Below, piece by piece: positions 51,328 to 61,665 of a stretch of DNA of 64,000 nt. The notes under the pieces were generated by a model that was given only the letters and a program-made list of their open reading frames with translations, was not told the DNA's origin and searched no databases. Every line of letters begins with the position of its first letter. The first letter of the stretch is position 1. Origin of the DNA: Gammaproteobacteria bacterium GWE2_42_36. GTDB taxonomy: Bacteria; Pseudomonadota; Gammaproteobacteria; UBA12402. A program made the translations under genes and the position numbers. Location of the stretch: positions 4,371-68,370 of the forward strand of contig MGXH01000061.1 in assembly GCA_001801305.1 (NCBI GenBank), in the 5' to 3' direction.

Positions 51328-53213
51328 TGATCGATAAACGTCCTAAACCAAACTTCAATATTTAATGCGCCCCAAATATCACGACCAAATAAATCATTAC
51401 TTCTAATTTGCTTTTCAAGCCCCGCTACATTAATCATCCCGCGATTTACTGCCGTTTGACCAGTTAGGATATCAAGCACATATTCTTTGAGCGGTCCTGC
51501 GAGCCATTCATTGAATGGTGTTGGAAATCCCATTTTATCTTTTCGATTGAGTATTTCTTGAGGCAAAATATTCTTGCTCGCCTTTAATAACATCGCTTTT
51601 GGTTTACCACCATAAAATTTCAATAATGGCGGCATTGCTGCTGCCAATTCAACAATACGTTTATCCAAAAGTGGGACTCGAGATTCCAACGACATAGCCA
51701 TACTCATACGATCTTCAACATGAAGTAATGTTGGCAGTAACGTCATGCGATCAAAATTAGTCATTTTGTTTAAATAAGATGGCGTTGAAGGTTGATCAAA
51801 TATCTGTAGATATTTATTGAACAAACTCTCTTGATACCCATGGCTTAAAAAATCCTGCCTATAAATATGCTGCAAATTCGGAGACCGATCAATTAAGCGA
51901 AAATAACGACAACCTATATCATCAAATAAACCTTCAGCAAATTGATATTTCAACAATGGCACGTATTGTTTCAGCAACGGTAAATTTTCAGCAATTGTTG
52001 CCCATGTTGCTACATATTGACTTTTGTTCTGTGTTTCAAATATCGCGCCTTTCAAACATTGCTCTAAATAGGCAATAGCATACCGTGCATACCCACCAAA
52101 AATTTCATCTCCACCCTGGCCACCTAATACAACCTTGACATATTTACTGGCTAATTTCGAGACCATATATTGAGGGAAAATTCCAGGGCCCCCGGCAGGC
52201 TCATCCATGTGATAAATCAATGTTTCAAAATGGTTGATAAAATCCAATGCATTCGGATAAATCACATGGTTTTTACAGTGAGAATAGTCGCTTACAATTT
52301 TAGCATATCGTGTTTCATCATATTTTTGATGTTCCTTAAAACCGCCCGTAAAAGTATGTAATTGTAATTCATGATTTTTTGAAGCCAATGCCGTCACAAT
52401 ACTGGAATCCAGTCCACCACTCAAATAAGTACCTACCGGAACATCTGATCGCATTTGATGCTGAATTGTATTTTCTAATAAAGCTAATAATTCATCTGAA
52501 AATTGTTCTACTGATTTCTTTTCATCAACATGATATTTCACTTCCCAATAACATTTTTTTTCAACAATTCTCCCCTTTTTTATTATCATATAAGTCGCGG
52601 GTTCTAACTTGAAAATATTTTTAAATAAAGTGTGTTTCTTTAATATCATCTGAAAAGTCAAATATTCATGTAATGAATGCTCATCAACTCCCGTATAAAC
52701 ATTTGGAAAGGCTAAAATTGACTTGATTTCAGAAGCAAAAATAAACTGCCCTTCGCTAGTTGTATAATAAAAAGGTTTAATGCCAAATTGATCTCTCGCA
52801 ATAAATAAGCTATCATTTTTTTTATCAAAAATCACAAATGCAAACATACCATTTAAATGGTCTAAGCATTTTTCCCCATACTCAATAAATAAATTTAACA
52901 AAACCTCAGTATCTGAGCTTGTTGTAAATTGATGATCTTTCTGAATCAAATCCCGACGTAATTCTAAATAATTATAAATCTCGCCATTAAATGCGATAAC
53001 ATACCGTCCATCATTCGAAATCATAGGTTGAACGCCTTGCTCGAGATCAATAATAGACAACCGCACATGCCCTAACGATAAAGATTGATGAAAAAATTCA
53101 CCCTGGCCATCTGGGCCACGATGAGCAATTTTTTTAAGCATGGTCTTTAAAAGACGTTCGCGGCTATTTTGATTTTTAATTTGATCTGAATAAAACCCAG
53201 ATATCCCACACAT
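51321..53213 (-). CDS. Asparagine synthetase (glutamine-hydrolysing) homolog; second WbpS-like amidotransferase candidate
   Basis: 630 aa; MCGISG nucleophile; SGGLDSS PP-loop. Confidence 0.8.
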   Translation of the reverse strand: MCGISGFYSDQIKNQNSRERLLKTMLKKIAHRGPDGQGEFFHQSLSLGHVRLSIIDLEQGVQPMISNDGRYVIAFNGEIYNYLELRRDLIQKDHQFTTSSDTEVLLNLFIEYGEKCLDHLNGMFAFVIFDKKNDSLFIARDQFGIKPFYYTTSEGQFIFASEIKSILAFPNVYTGVDEHSLHEYLTFQMILKKHTLFKNIFKLEPATYMIIKKGRIVEKKCYWEVKYHVDEKKSVEQFSDELLALLENTIQHQMRSDVPVGTYLSGGLDSSIVTALASKNHELQLHTFTGGFKEHQKYDETRYAKIVSDYSHCKNHVIYPNALDFINHFETLIYHMDEPAGGPGIFPQYMVSKLASKYVKVVLGGQGGDEIFGGYARYAIAYLEQCLKGAIFETQNKSQYVATWATIAENLPLLKQYVPLLKYQFAEGLFDDIGCRYFRLIDRSPNLQHIYRQDFLSHGYQESLFNKYLQIFDQPSTPSYLNKMTNFDRMTLLPTLLHVEDRMSMAMSLESRVPLLDKRIVELAAAMPPLLKFYGGKPKAMLLKASKNILPQEILNRKDKMGFPTPFNEWLAGPLKEYVLDILTGQTAVNRGMINVAGLEKQIRSNDLFGRDIWGALNIEVWFRTFIDQC

Positions 53214-53220
53214 CTCTATG

Positions 53221-54009
53221 TTAATCCCTTAATTTTTCAACATCTCGATACCCTCTACGCCATCCACCCCAGGGCCAATAATATAATAATGCCAGCATCA
53301 AATACCCGAGTGTCGTGATCGATGAAACCATTTTTGATTCACTCTTTTTTTGATCATAATGCAAGATAAAAGGAGATTCTCCAAATCTCGCTCCAATCAT
53401 TTTAAGTTTGACAATTTTTTCCAACGTACATGTAAAGCCAAGCCCTTTTAACTGAATAAAATCATTACCGTAAATTTTTATTGCATGCTTAAGTATCTTG
53501 CCTCGATAAGCACGAAAACCAGAAGAATATTCCTTCAACCCTTTAATAGGAAAAAAACATTTCATGAATAAATTAGCTGATTTAGAAATAAATGCTCGAT
53601 AAGCTGAAAGCCCAGATTGCCCCCCCCCCTCAACAAACCTTGACGCAATAACCACATCAAAGCCTTCATTCAATTTATCAATCAATCCCTTAATAAATTC
53701 AGGTTCATGTGTATCATCACAATCCATTCTGACAATAATATCATTATCATCTGCCATTTCAGTCACTTTCTCAAAAAGATCTCTGATCGTTTCACCTAAG
53801 CCACGATTGATTTTATGTTGAATAATAGTCATCGATAAAACTTTTTGAAAGCTATTTAATTCCCTCAATGTCCCATCTTTACTCCCATCATCACACACAA
53901 TTAAATGGTAATTTTGCTTTAATTTTTCTTTAAAAAATGAATCCAATTTTGGAAGCAAGTAATTAAACGATTTTTCTTCGTTATAGGCAGGTAACAAAAT
54001 ATAAATCAT
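53221..54009 (-). CDS. Glycosyltransferase family 2
   Basis: 262 aa; LLPAYNEE…CDDGSKDGT. Confidence 0.75.
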   Translation of the reverse strand: MIYILLPAYNEEKSFNYLLPKLDSFFKEKLKQNYHLIVCDDGSKDGTLRELNSFQKVLSMTIIQHKINRGLGETIRDLFEKVTEMADDNDIIVRMDCDDTHEPEFIKGLIDKLNEGFDVVIASRFVEGGGQSGLSAYRAFISKSANLFMKCFFPIKGLKEYSSGFRAYRGKILKHAIKIYGNDFIQLKGLGFTCTLEKIVKLKMIGARFGESPFILHYDQKKSESKMVSSITTLGYLMLALLYYWPWGGWRRGYRDVEKLRD

Positions 54010-55085
54010 AACATAACTTCCTTGACTATTTTTTTTGCCGACTGTCCATCCCCATATAAAGAAGCTGCAAAATGATTTTTTTGATTTAATGCACCTTCAT
54101 ATAGCATAATAATCTTATCTGGATCAGCGCCGGCTAACTGATTAAACCCATTTTCAACCAACTCTACCCACTCCGTTTCATCACGCAGTGTGATGCAAAA
54201 TTTATCGAAAAAATAGGCTTCTTTTTGCAATCCACCACTGTCTGTGATAACCAGTTGACAATGTTTTAGTAACTCTAGCATATCAAAATAACCAACTGGA
54301 TCAATAGGCTCGAAATTCAGCTTGATATTTGATTGTTTGATGAAATTCTTTGTTCGTGGATGTAATGGTAATACGATTTTTTTTTCTTTTGAAATATGAT
54401 TTAACGCTTCTATTATTGACTTTAATCTATTCTTAAAATCCACATTTTCCGCCCGATGAATCGTGCATAATATGAAATCATTTAAATTGAGTCGAGAAAT
54501 AATACTGGAATATTTTGCCGAGAATTCGGAATAATACAATACCGCATCATACATTACATCGCCGACATTACTGATTTTCGCTCCAATACTATTAAAACCT
54601 TCTCGCCTTAAATTTTCAATTGCTTTTTCTGTTGGGCAAAACAAATAATCACTTATTCGATCCGTTATAATGCGATTCACTTCTTCTGGCATCTTAATAT
54701 TAAAACTCCGAAGTCCTGCTTCAATATGCGCTATTTTGATGTGGTGTTTTTTAGCCGCCAATGCGCCCGCTAACGTAGTGTTCGTATCTCCGTACACTAA
54801 TACCAAACTAGGCTTTTCTTTTAACAAAACAAATTCTATTTTTTCAAGCATTTGACCTGTCATAGCGCCATGATTTAAACCATTAATATCGAAAAAATAA
54901 TTCGGTTTTGGGATATTCATTTCTTCAAAAAAAACACTGCTCATATTCCAATCATAATGCTGGCCCGTATGAATAATGATTTCTTGAATATCTTTGTATT
55001 TTTTTAGCTCACGACTCACAACAGCAGCCTTGATAAACTGTGGCCTGGCACCAATAACCGTAGCTATTTTTATATAATCACTCAT
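54006..55085 (-). CDS. UDP-N-acetylglucosamine 2-epimerase, non-hydrolysing (WecB/WbpI-like)
   Basis: 359 aa; GARPQFIK and HIEAGLRS motifs. Confidence 0.85.
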   Translation of the reverse strand: MSDYIKIATVIGARPQFIKAAVVSRELKKYKDIQEIIIHTGQHYDWNMSSVFFEEMNIPKPNYFFDINGLNHGAMTGQMLEKIEFVLLKEKPSLVLVYGDTNTTLAGALAAKKHHIKIAHIEAGLRSFNIKMPEEVNRIITDRISDYLFCPTEKAIENLRREGFNSIGAKISNVGDVMYDAVLYYSEFSAKYSSIISRLNLNDFILCTIHRAENVDFKNRLKSIIEALNHISKEKKIVLPLHPRTKNFIKQSNIKLNFEPIDPVGYFDMLELLKHCQLVITDSGGLQKEAYFFDKFCITLRDETEWVELVENGFNQLAGADPDKIIMLYEGALNQKNHFAASLYGDGQSAKKIVKEVML

Positions 55086-55094
55086 GCTATGTAT

Positions 55095-56201
55095 CTATAA
55101 TCTGGTTAATAATTGAACAATCCGGCTTTGATCTTGTTGTTTCAAATAAGGCCCTATCGGTAAACTCACAACGAGCATTGCCGCTGTATCCGCTTTTTCA
55201 CAAATGCAATCCGATTGAAAAGCTGGCTGATGATGTAATGGAATCGGATAATGTATAGCTGTTGGAATATCGCTTTCGGCTAGCTTTTTACGCACAGCAT
55301 CACGATTCTCCACTTGGATCGTATATTGAGCATAAACGCTACTATTCTGCGGCTCAATATGCGGGAGCACAACACCTTTCATTTTTAATAACTCGTTATA
55401 TCGAGCTGCTATTCCCTGACGTAACTCAATCTCTTTAGGGAAAATTTCAAATTTAGCCAGCAAAATTGCCGCTTGTATCGTATCCAATCGACCATTAATA
55501 CCAAGACGTGCATGATGATACCGACGATCCTGGCCATGCACGTGAATTTCTCTCATCGCTTTTGCAAGCGCATCATCATTGGTAAAACAAGCCCCGCCAT
55601 CGCCATAACAACCCAACGGTTTAGAAGGGAAAAAACTGGTACACCCAATGGTCGATAAACTGCAAGATCGTTTCCCTTTATAAGTCGCACCAAAGCTTTG
55701 CGCGCCATCCTCAATCACTACTAGATGATGTTTTTTCGCTATCGTATTAATCGCATCAAAATCAGCACATTGACCGTATAGGCTGACAGGCATAATCGCT
55801 TTTGTTTTCAGCGTAATGGCCGCTTCAATTAAATTAGGATCTAAATTATAAGTTTTAGGATTAATGTCAATAAAAACGGGTTTTGCGCCTAGCAGCAAAA
55901 TGACTTCTGCTGTCGCTGCAAATGAAAAAGGCGTTGTAATCACTTCGTCTCCGACGCCAATACCCAACGCCATGAGCGCAATCAATAACGCATCCGTTCC
56001 ATTGGCAACACCAATACAATGTTTCACACCAACAAATTGGGCCAGTTTTTCTTCGAGCTGAAAAACCTCTGGCCCCATAATGTACTGACCGTGATCTAAA
56101 ACAATTCTAATACGTTGATGAACATCTGCTTCAATTAAGCGGTACTGTCCTTTCAAGTCGATAAATTCCATTTGAATCTTACTCTTTTTTACATTGTCCA
56201 T
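55095..56201 (-). CDS. DegT-family aminotransferase (WbpE-like UDP-3-oxo-sugar aminotransferase)
   Basis: 368 aa; [19 protein letters not shown]-lysine block; adjacent to WbpB/WbpD-like genes. Confidence 0.8.
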   Translation of the reverse strand: MDNVKKSKIQMEFIDLKGQYRLIEADVHQRIRIVLDHGQYIMGPEVFQLEEKLAQFVGVKHCIGVANGTDALLIALMALGIGVGDEVITTPFSFAATAEVILLLGAKPVFIDINPKTYNLDPNLIEAAITLKTKAIMPVSLYGQCADFDAINTIAKKHHLVVIEDGAQSFGATYKGKRSCSLSTIGCTSFFPSKPLGCYGDGGACFTNDDALAKAMREIHVHGQDRRYHHARLGINGRLDTIQAAILLAKFEIFPKEIELRQGIAARYNELLKMKGVVLPHIEPQNSSVYAQYTIQVENRDAVRKKLAESDIPTAIHYPIPLHHQPAFQSDCICEKADTAAMLVVSLPIGPYLKQQDQSRIVQLLTRL

Positions 56202-56745
56202 TTTCTAATAAATAATATTGCCCACTATGCTTGCACTGTGTCCTGCCATTATCTGTTAAAGATAATGATAATTGCTCTCCAAATTCACTCATCCACCCAA
56301 TTTGCCGGGCTGGCAACCCAACAACTAACGCATAAGCAGGAATATCTCTATTCACCACAGCACCAGCACCTACAAAGGCATACTTTCCAATCGTCACGCC
56401 GCATACGATTGTGCAATTAGCCCCTAAAGTAGCGCCCCTTTCTACCAACGTATCTCGATACTCATGTTTTCGCTCAATAGCTGAACGAGGGTTATAAACA
56501 TTTGTAAAAACCATACTCGGCCCACAGAACACATCATCTTCCAACGTAACATTATCGTAAACCGACACATTATTTTGAATTTTAACCCGATCGCCAATAA
56601 TAACTTTATTCCCCACAAAAACATTTTGTCCTAATGAACAGCGCTGTCCAATACGCGCGCCGGCACACACATGTGTCCAGTGCCAAACACAAGTTCCTTC
56701 CCCAATACATGCTCCCATGTCAACAATAGCAGTAGGATGGATCAT
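56179..56745 (-). CDS. Hexapeptide N-acetyltransferase (WbpD/WlbB-like UDP-3-amino-sugar N-acetyltransferase)
   Basis: 188 aa; left-handed beta-helix repeats throughout; gene context. Confidence 0.75.
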   Translation of the reverse strand: MIHPTAIVDMGACIGEGTCVWHWTHVCAGARIGQRCSLGQNVFVGNKVIIGDRVKIQNNVSVYDNVTLEDDVFCGPSMVFTNVYNPRSAIERKHEYRDTLVERGATLGANCTIVCGVTIGKYAFVGAGAVVNRDIPAYALVVGLPARQIGWMSEFGEQLSLSLTDNGRTQCKHSGQYYLLENGQCKKE

Positions 56746-56767
56746 TTTGACTCTAACCTCAGTAATA

Positions 56768-57820
56768 TTAGTATGTTAATGGTAAATTCACTTCACATCG
56801 ATCTCGCGCTGACAAATAGGCCGCAATCAATAATTCTAAAGACCGGAGACCTTCTCGACCATCAGTTTCTGGCACTGCATTTCCACGCAAAACTTGAATC
56901 ACATTTTCGTAATACAAAGGATGCCCAAAGCCATAAACGGAAGAGGTTTGGTAACTAATGTCTTTAATCAATTTATCTCCTGGTTGATTATCCGCGAATT
57001 CCCAGTGTTGTATTTCATTCACGGCAATACCAGCAATTTTTACAGAGCCCTTTTCTCCTAAAATAGTAATTGATCCCTCTAGGTTTTTTGGATACGTTAA
57101 CATCGTCACGTTCGCAGAACCTAACGCACCTGAACGCCAACGTAAATTCAAAACAGCCGTATCTTCTACCTCAATATGTCGTGCTAATGTTCCGGTCATT
57201 GCATGAACGCTAGCTACTGGGCCAATTAACCAGTCGAGCAAATCAACATAATGGCTCGCCTGATTCATTAAAGCTCCCCCATCAAATTCCCAGGTACCCC
57301 GCCATTTCGCTTGATCATAATAATCTTGTGGTCTTGTCCAAAAAACGTTGATATTAACCATATAAATTCGGCCAAATCTTTTTTGATCAATAGCCTTTTT
57401 TAAAAGCTGCAAAGTAGCATTGCGGCGATTTTGCTTAACAACAAATAAATATACCCCTGCTTTATCACTTTCTTTCACCATACTCAACCCATCTTCCCAA
57501 CGAGTTGCCATTGGTTTTTCAGTCATCACATGTTTTCGTGCTTGGACTACTTGAATAGCTTGTCTAGCGTGAATACCGCTGGGCGTACATAACACAATCA
57601 AATCCGCTTCGGTTTTTTTCAGCATCGCCTCTAATGAAAGAAACCCCTCAACATTATAAGTCGCCTCGGCATTTTTTAAAACAAGCGGATTATGATCACA
57701 AACATTGACAAGCTCTATCTCATCATGATGAACTTGAATCGCGTTGAAATGTGAATTAGAAATTCGGCCACACCCCGCCAAAGCAATCTTGATTTTTCTA
57801 TCCTGAATAACTCGATTCAT
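56768..57820 (-). CDS. Gfo/Idh/MocA-family NAD-dependent oxidoreductase (WbpB-like UDP-GlcNAcA 3-dehydrogenase)
   Basis: 350 aa; [15 protein letters not shown]-terminal Rossmann; context. Confidence 0.75.
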   Translation of the reverse strand: MNRVIQDRKIKIALAGCGRISNSHFNAIQVHHDEIELVNVCDHNPLVLKNAEATYNVEGFLSLEAMLKKTEADLIVLCTPSGIHARQAIQVVQARKHVMTEKPMATRWEDGLSMVKESDKAGVYLFVVKQNRRNATLQLLKKAIDQKRFGRIYMVNINVFWTRPQDYYDQAKWRGTWEFDGGALMNQASHYVDLLDWLIGPVASVHAMTGTLARHIEVEDTAVLNLRWRSGALGSANVTMLTYPKNLEGSITILGEKGSVKIAGIAVNEIQHWEFADNQPGDKLIKDISYQTSSVYGFGHPLYYENVIQVLRGNAVPETDGREGLRSLELLIAAYLSARDRCEVNLPLTY

Positions 57821-57900
57821 CCCACTAATTCCTCATATCATCACAAAACCATTACTGATTAACCCTTGCATACACATCAATGTTATAAGTAGTATCTCAA

Positions 57901-60165
57901 CTACTTTTGCTTCGACCCATAATCATAGTAATAGTAATATCCATAGGCATGTTTTTGTTTTGCAACATTGTTAAAAACCAATCCATGTATCGTCACTTGA
58001 TTTTTCTTTATACGCTTCACTGCATGTGAAATTTCACTTAAAGTTTCTTGGCCTGACCCAATCACCATTAAATTAGTCCCAGCATATTGCATAAGAATTA
58101 CACTGTCAGTAACCGCCAATACAGGCGGGGTATCTATTAACACAATATCGTATCGCGCGGAAACCTCACTTAAAAATTTCTCAATATGATCTTTCATGAG
58201 GAGCTCAGAGGGATTACTAGGATACTTCCCTGTTGAAAGAAAATCGATCTTATCAGAAATGGGCTGCTTTACCTCATCAAAAGATAATTGCCCCTCTAAA
58301 AGATCCGCTAAGCCAGGGGCATGACGTTTTGATAGCTGTTCGTGAATTTTCCCCTTACGCATATCGGAGTCAATGAGCAAAACCGTTTTCCCCGTATCAG
58401 CCAGAAGAAATGCCAGATTGGTTGTCACGAACGATTTTCCAATACTGGGAGAGGCACCCGTAATCGCTAAAATATTATTTTTCGCTTCGGCCACAGCAAA
58501 TTGTAAAGTAGTTCGCAAACTCCTTAAACCCTCCATCGCTAAATCCTTGGGGTGCCGTTTCGCTAATACAAAAGAGTTGATGCCAGGGATTTTCCGGCGT
58601 ATCTCTTTGGCGATTTTTTCTTGCGCTAAGCTATGCGGAATGATCGCATAAATTGAGATACCCAATTGCTCTTCGACATAATCTGGTTCATCCATCTTGC
58701 GAACAAACAGTAGGCGTATGATAATCACCATGATCGATAAAATAAAACCGCCGATAATACCGCCTAACATAATGATCATTTTTTTTGAAGGCATTTCGGT
58801 TGGATAAGTTGCCCAACTCAATACCCTGATATCGCTGACGATACCCGCCTGCGTCACTTCTGCTTGCTGAATATTTGTGAGCAACGCTAAGTACATCTGT
58901 TCTTTCACTCGAATAGTCCGCTCAAAACCAACCAGCTTTTGTTCCGATGCCGGTAACATGCCAACTTTATTATCTAATACCTTTAATTGTGCTGTCAGTT
59001 GACTTTCCTGTTCCGTGATCGCCTGTAGAAGCGGATGTTGTTCTGTATAAGATAGCAACAATTCTGCTTTACGTAATTTCAACTGCTCTAGTGACTGTTG
59101 CAAAGAAGAAACCTGCTGTAATAAAAAAGTCCCCTCCGAACTTAAACTAAGCATTTTCGTTTTTGATCGATATTGATTGATCGACGTTTCAGCTTGATTT
59201 AAATCAGCTGCTGCAATCGGCAACTGTTGATGGAAAAAATTCAATACTTGCTGTGCCGCAGTATTTTTCTGTTCTAAATTTTTTTCAATCGTATCTTGAA
59301 TAATTGTATTCAACATGGCTGAAATTTTATTTTCATCCCCGCCCGAAAGCGCAATAGAAAGCACACCGGTCGGAGCCAGTGAAATTTGTGTTCCATCTGA
59401 TAGCTTCCGAGAACCAATATCTATCATCAGCAAATGACGAGCAAAGGTATCGGCTATAGTAGCAATAGATTGATCAATCAACTCAAACTCTGCCCCCGGA
59501 TGCGCCCTCAGATAATTGACGTGAATTTTATATCGAGGATCCTGCTGAAGAGTAATCATTTGTCCCACCATCCCTGTGAGTAATAAACGTCCATCCGGCA
59601 TATATACGTTGTACTGCTGGTGTCCTCTGGCTTCTATCAAAAAAATCTGCTCTTGCATATCAGGAGGAACTTCAAACTGATCAACAGAAATCGATTCGCC
59701 ATTTCGGACATAAGAAGAAGGAAACAAAAAAGATAACGGTGAATTAATACGCGCAAAAAAAACTCCAATCACAGGAAAATAACGAGGTTTTGCAGTAATA
59801 TTTAAATGATACGCTTCGATCATAGGGCCTAAAATGTAACGCGATTGCATCAAGGCTTTTTCTATGTCTATAGGAGAACTTTGCTGCACACTCCCTTGCT
59901 CAGTAATCCCTTCCAAACTAGAGCCCAATCCCTTTTGTTGATTATCTATTTGAATCAACGCACTCGTCTGATACAATGGAGAAATAGTCAAAGTATAACA
60001 AAACGTCACAATAAAACAGCTGAACGTCACAAAAAATACAAACCATTTTTGTTGATAAAACGCTGATAATAATTCTTGAAAGGTGATTTCATCGGCCAAC
60101 TGATGAGAATCAGAATAACGTCGACTATCTCTCATTTTCTGGCTATTCGACATATCCATTTCCAT
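57901..60165 (-). CDS. wzc: Polysaccharide co-polymerase / BY-kinase (Wzc, PCP-2a) with C-terminal tyrosine cluster
   Basis: 754 aa; Wzz-like N-terminal periplasmic domain; Walker A ITGASPSIGKSFVTTNL; Walker B VLIDTPP; tail YGYYYYYDYG. Confidence 0.85.
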   Translation of the reverse strand: MEMDMSNSQKMRDSRRYSDSHQLADEITFQELLSAFYQQKWFVFFVTFSCFIVTFCYTLTISPLYQTSALIQIDNQQKGLGSSLEGITEQGSVQQSSPIDIEKALMQSRYILGPMIEAYHLNITAKPRYFPVIGVFFARINSPLSFLFPSSYVRNGESISVDQFEVPPDMQEQIFLIEARGHQQYNVYMPDGRLLLTGMVGQMITLQQDPRYKIHVNYLRAHPGAEFELIDQSIATIADTFARHLLMIDIGSRKLSDGTQISLAPTGVLSIALSGGDENKISAMLNTIIQDTIEKNLEQKNTAAQQVLNFFHQQLPIAAADLNQAETSINQYRSKTKMLSLSSEGTFLLQQVSSLQQSLEQLKLRKAELLLSYTEQHPLLQAITEQESQLTAQLKVLDNKVGMLPASEQKLVGFERTIRVKEQMYLALLTNIQQAEVTQAGIVSDIRVLSWATYPTEMPSKKMIIMLGGIIGGFILSIMVIIIRLLFVRKMDEPDYVEEQLGISIYAIIPHSLAQEKIAKEIRRKIPGINSFVLAKRHPKDLAMEGLRSLRTTLQFAVAEAKNNILAITGASPSIGKSFVTTNLAFLLADTGKTVLLIDSDMRKGKIHEQLSKRHAPGLADLLEGQLSFDEVKQPISDKIDFLSTGKYPSNPSELLMKDHIEKFLSEVSARYDIVLIDTPPVLAVTDSVILMQYAGTNLMVIGSGQETLSEISHAVKRIKKNQVTIHGLVFNNVAKQKHAYGYYYYYDYGSKQK

Positions 60166-60212
60166 CTAATAAAACCCTTGTTACAAAAAAATTACGCTCA
60201 TTCGATGACTGG

Positions 60213-61067
60213 TTAATAATCAAGAATTGACTTGGTAAACCAAACAGCTTGTATAGTCGGCCATATTTGACCCAATACTTTGTTCCAGGTTGTTGCCCCT
60301 GACGGTGCGGCATAGATAATATCATTTGGCATTACATAAAAATGTTCGGCGGCAATAAGTGACATCGGATTCTTTCCATTGATCACATACACTTTGAAAC
60401 TCTGTAAATTACCTCGAACCAAATAAATTTGTGTCGTATCAGATGTTTGCGTATTCACCCCGCCCACCATATCCAATGCTTCCATCATAGAAATAGGTTT
60501 CGCTGTTAACTCCACATCTCCCGGCTTGACCACCTCACCAATAAGATGAATCCTCTTGCTTAAATAATTAACCTGGATCGTCACTTGAGGGTGACGAAAA
60601 TATTTTGACAATCGTTCGGCTAATATTTTTTGCGCCTGCTCTGGCGTGCGGCCAACAACTTTAACCGCGCCGGCATAAGGGAAATAAATTTCTCCGGATT
60701 CATTTACTTCGAAACCACCTACCTGATTTGGATTGACCGCAGCAGCCACCATAGTATTTTGATTCGCGGTAACCGCATTTGTTTCAACACTCGCCATTGA
60801 AGACGCATTGGGTGCCGACAACTCGGGATGATCCCAAACAATAATATTTAAAACATCAAAGGGTTCGATCGAATATACCGCAGGAACACTCAAATCAGCT
60901 TTAGATAAAGAGGGATCAATAGGGATAATCTGTGTTCTCAACAAACGTCCTTGTACATCATAATACGATTTTAGATCGGATTTCGTCATGTAAGTACCAG
61001 GCGCTGATGAGCACCCAGCAACAAAAATAAATAAAACTATTCCCGCCCATAACCAAGCACGCTTCAT
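60213..61067 (-). CDS. wza: Outer-membrane polysaccharide export lipoprotein (Wza/KpsD family); start placed at MKRAWLW… with lipobox VAGC
   Basis: Lipoprotein signal; polysaccharide-export-like domain; context between wzb and wzc; shorter (~285 aa) than E. coli Wza. Confidence 0.65.
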   Translation of the reverse strand: MKRAWLWAGIVLFIFVAGCSSAPGTYMTKSDLKSYYDVQGRLLRTQIIPIDPSLSKADLSVPAVYSIEPFDVLNIIVWDHPELSAPNASSMASVETNAVTANQNTMVAAAVNPNQVGGFEVNESGEIYFPYAGAVKVVGRTPEQAQKILAERLSKYFRHPQVTIQVNYLSKRIHLIGEVVKPGDVELTAKPISMMEALDMVGGVNTQTSDTTQIYLVRGNLQSFKVYVINGKNPMSLIAAEHFYVMPNDIIYAAPSGATTWNKVLGQIWPTIQAVWFTKSILDY

Positions 61068-61145
61068 CAAATCATCCTTAAGATTCGCCACATTCAGAAT
61101 GTGATCGATCTTACTAAAAATATCGATCTCTTCCAACAAAAAAAA

Positions 61146-61589
61146 TTATTTTACGAGCTTTGGTCGCCAATCATCCCAGGCTTGTTGAATTAATGAACAG
61201 GTTTGTTCGAAAACAAGGCTCGATTGCCTAAAAGGATCATAAATTTCAAAGTCACTCCAATGCCCCAATAAAAAAACTTTCCCACGCGCAGAAGGACATG
61301 TTTTGTGCAGCGCATTTTTATGCCCCTCCTCCATTGTCAAAATCAAATCAGCGTCGATGAGTAATTGTTCGCTCACTTGCTGTGCACGGTGCGCGCTGAT
61401 ATCAACGCCCTCTTGTCTCATCACTTCTTGGGCCTCTGCCACGGCCGGTTCGCCCACCAAAGCATGCAATCCCGCCGATGCTGTTTTAATCGGTGATTGA
61501 CACTGCTGCAATTGATGTTGGAAAAAACCTTCGGCCATCGGACTTCGACAAACATTCCCAATACAGACAAATAAAATATTTTTGAACAT
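61146..61589 (-). CDS. wzb: Low-molecular-weight protein-tyrosine phosphatase (Wzb)
   Basis: 147 aa; P-loop CIGNVCRSPMAEG. Confidence 0.85.
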   Translation of the reverse strand: MFKNILFVCIGNVCRSPMAEGFFQHQLQQCQSPIKTASAGLHALVGEPAVAEAQEVMRQEGVDISAHRAQQVSEQLLIDADLILTMEEGHKNALHKTCPSARGKVFLLGHWSDFEIYDPFRQSSLVFEQTCSLIQQAWDDWRPKLVK

Positions 61590-61665
61590 GGAAAAATCTC
61601 ACTTGATTGTTTAACTATTTACTCAAAAACATACTACCATTTTTATCGTCGCGTAGCGACTTCCC

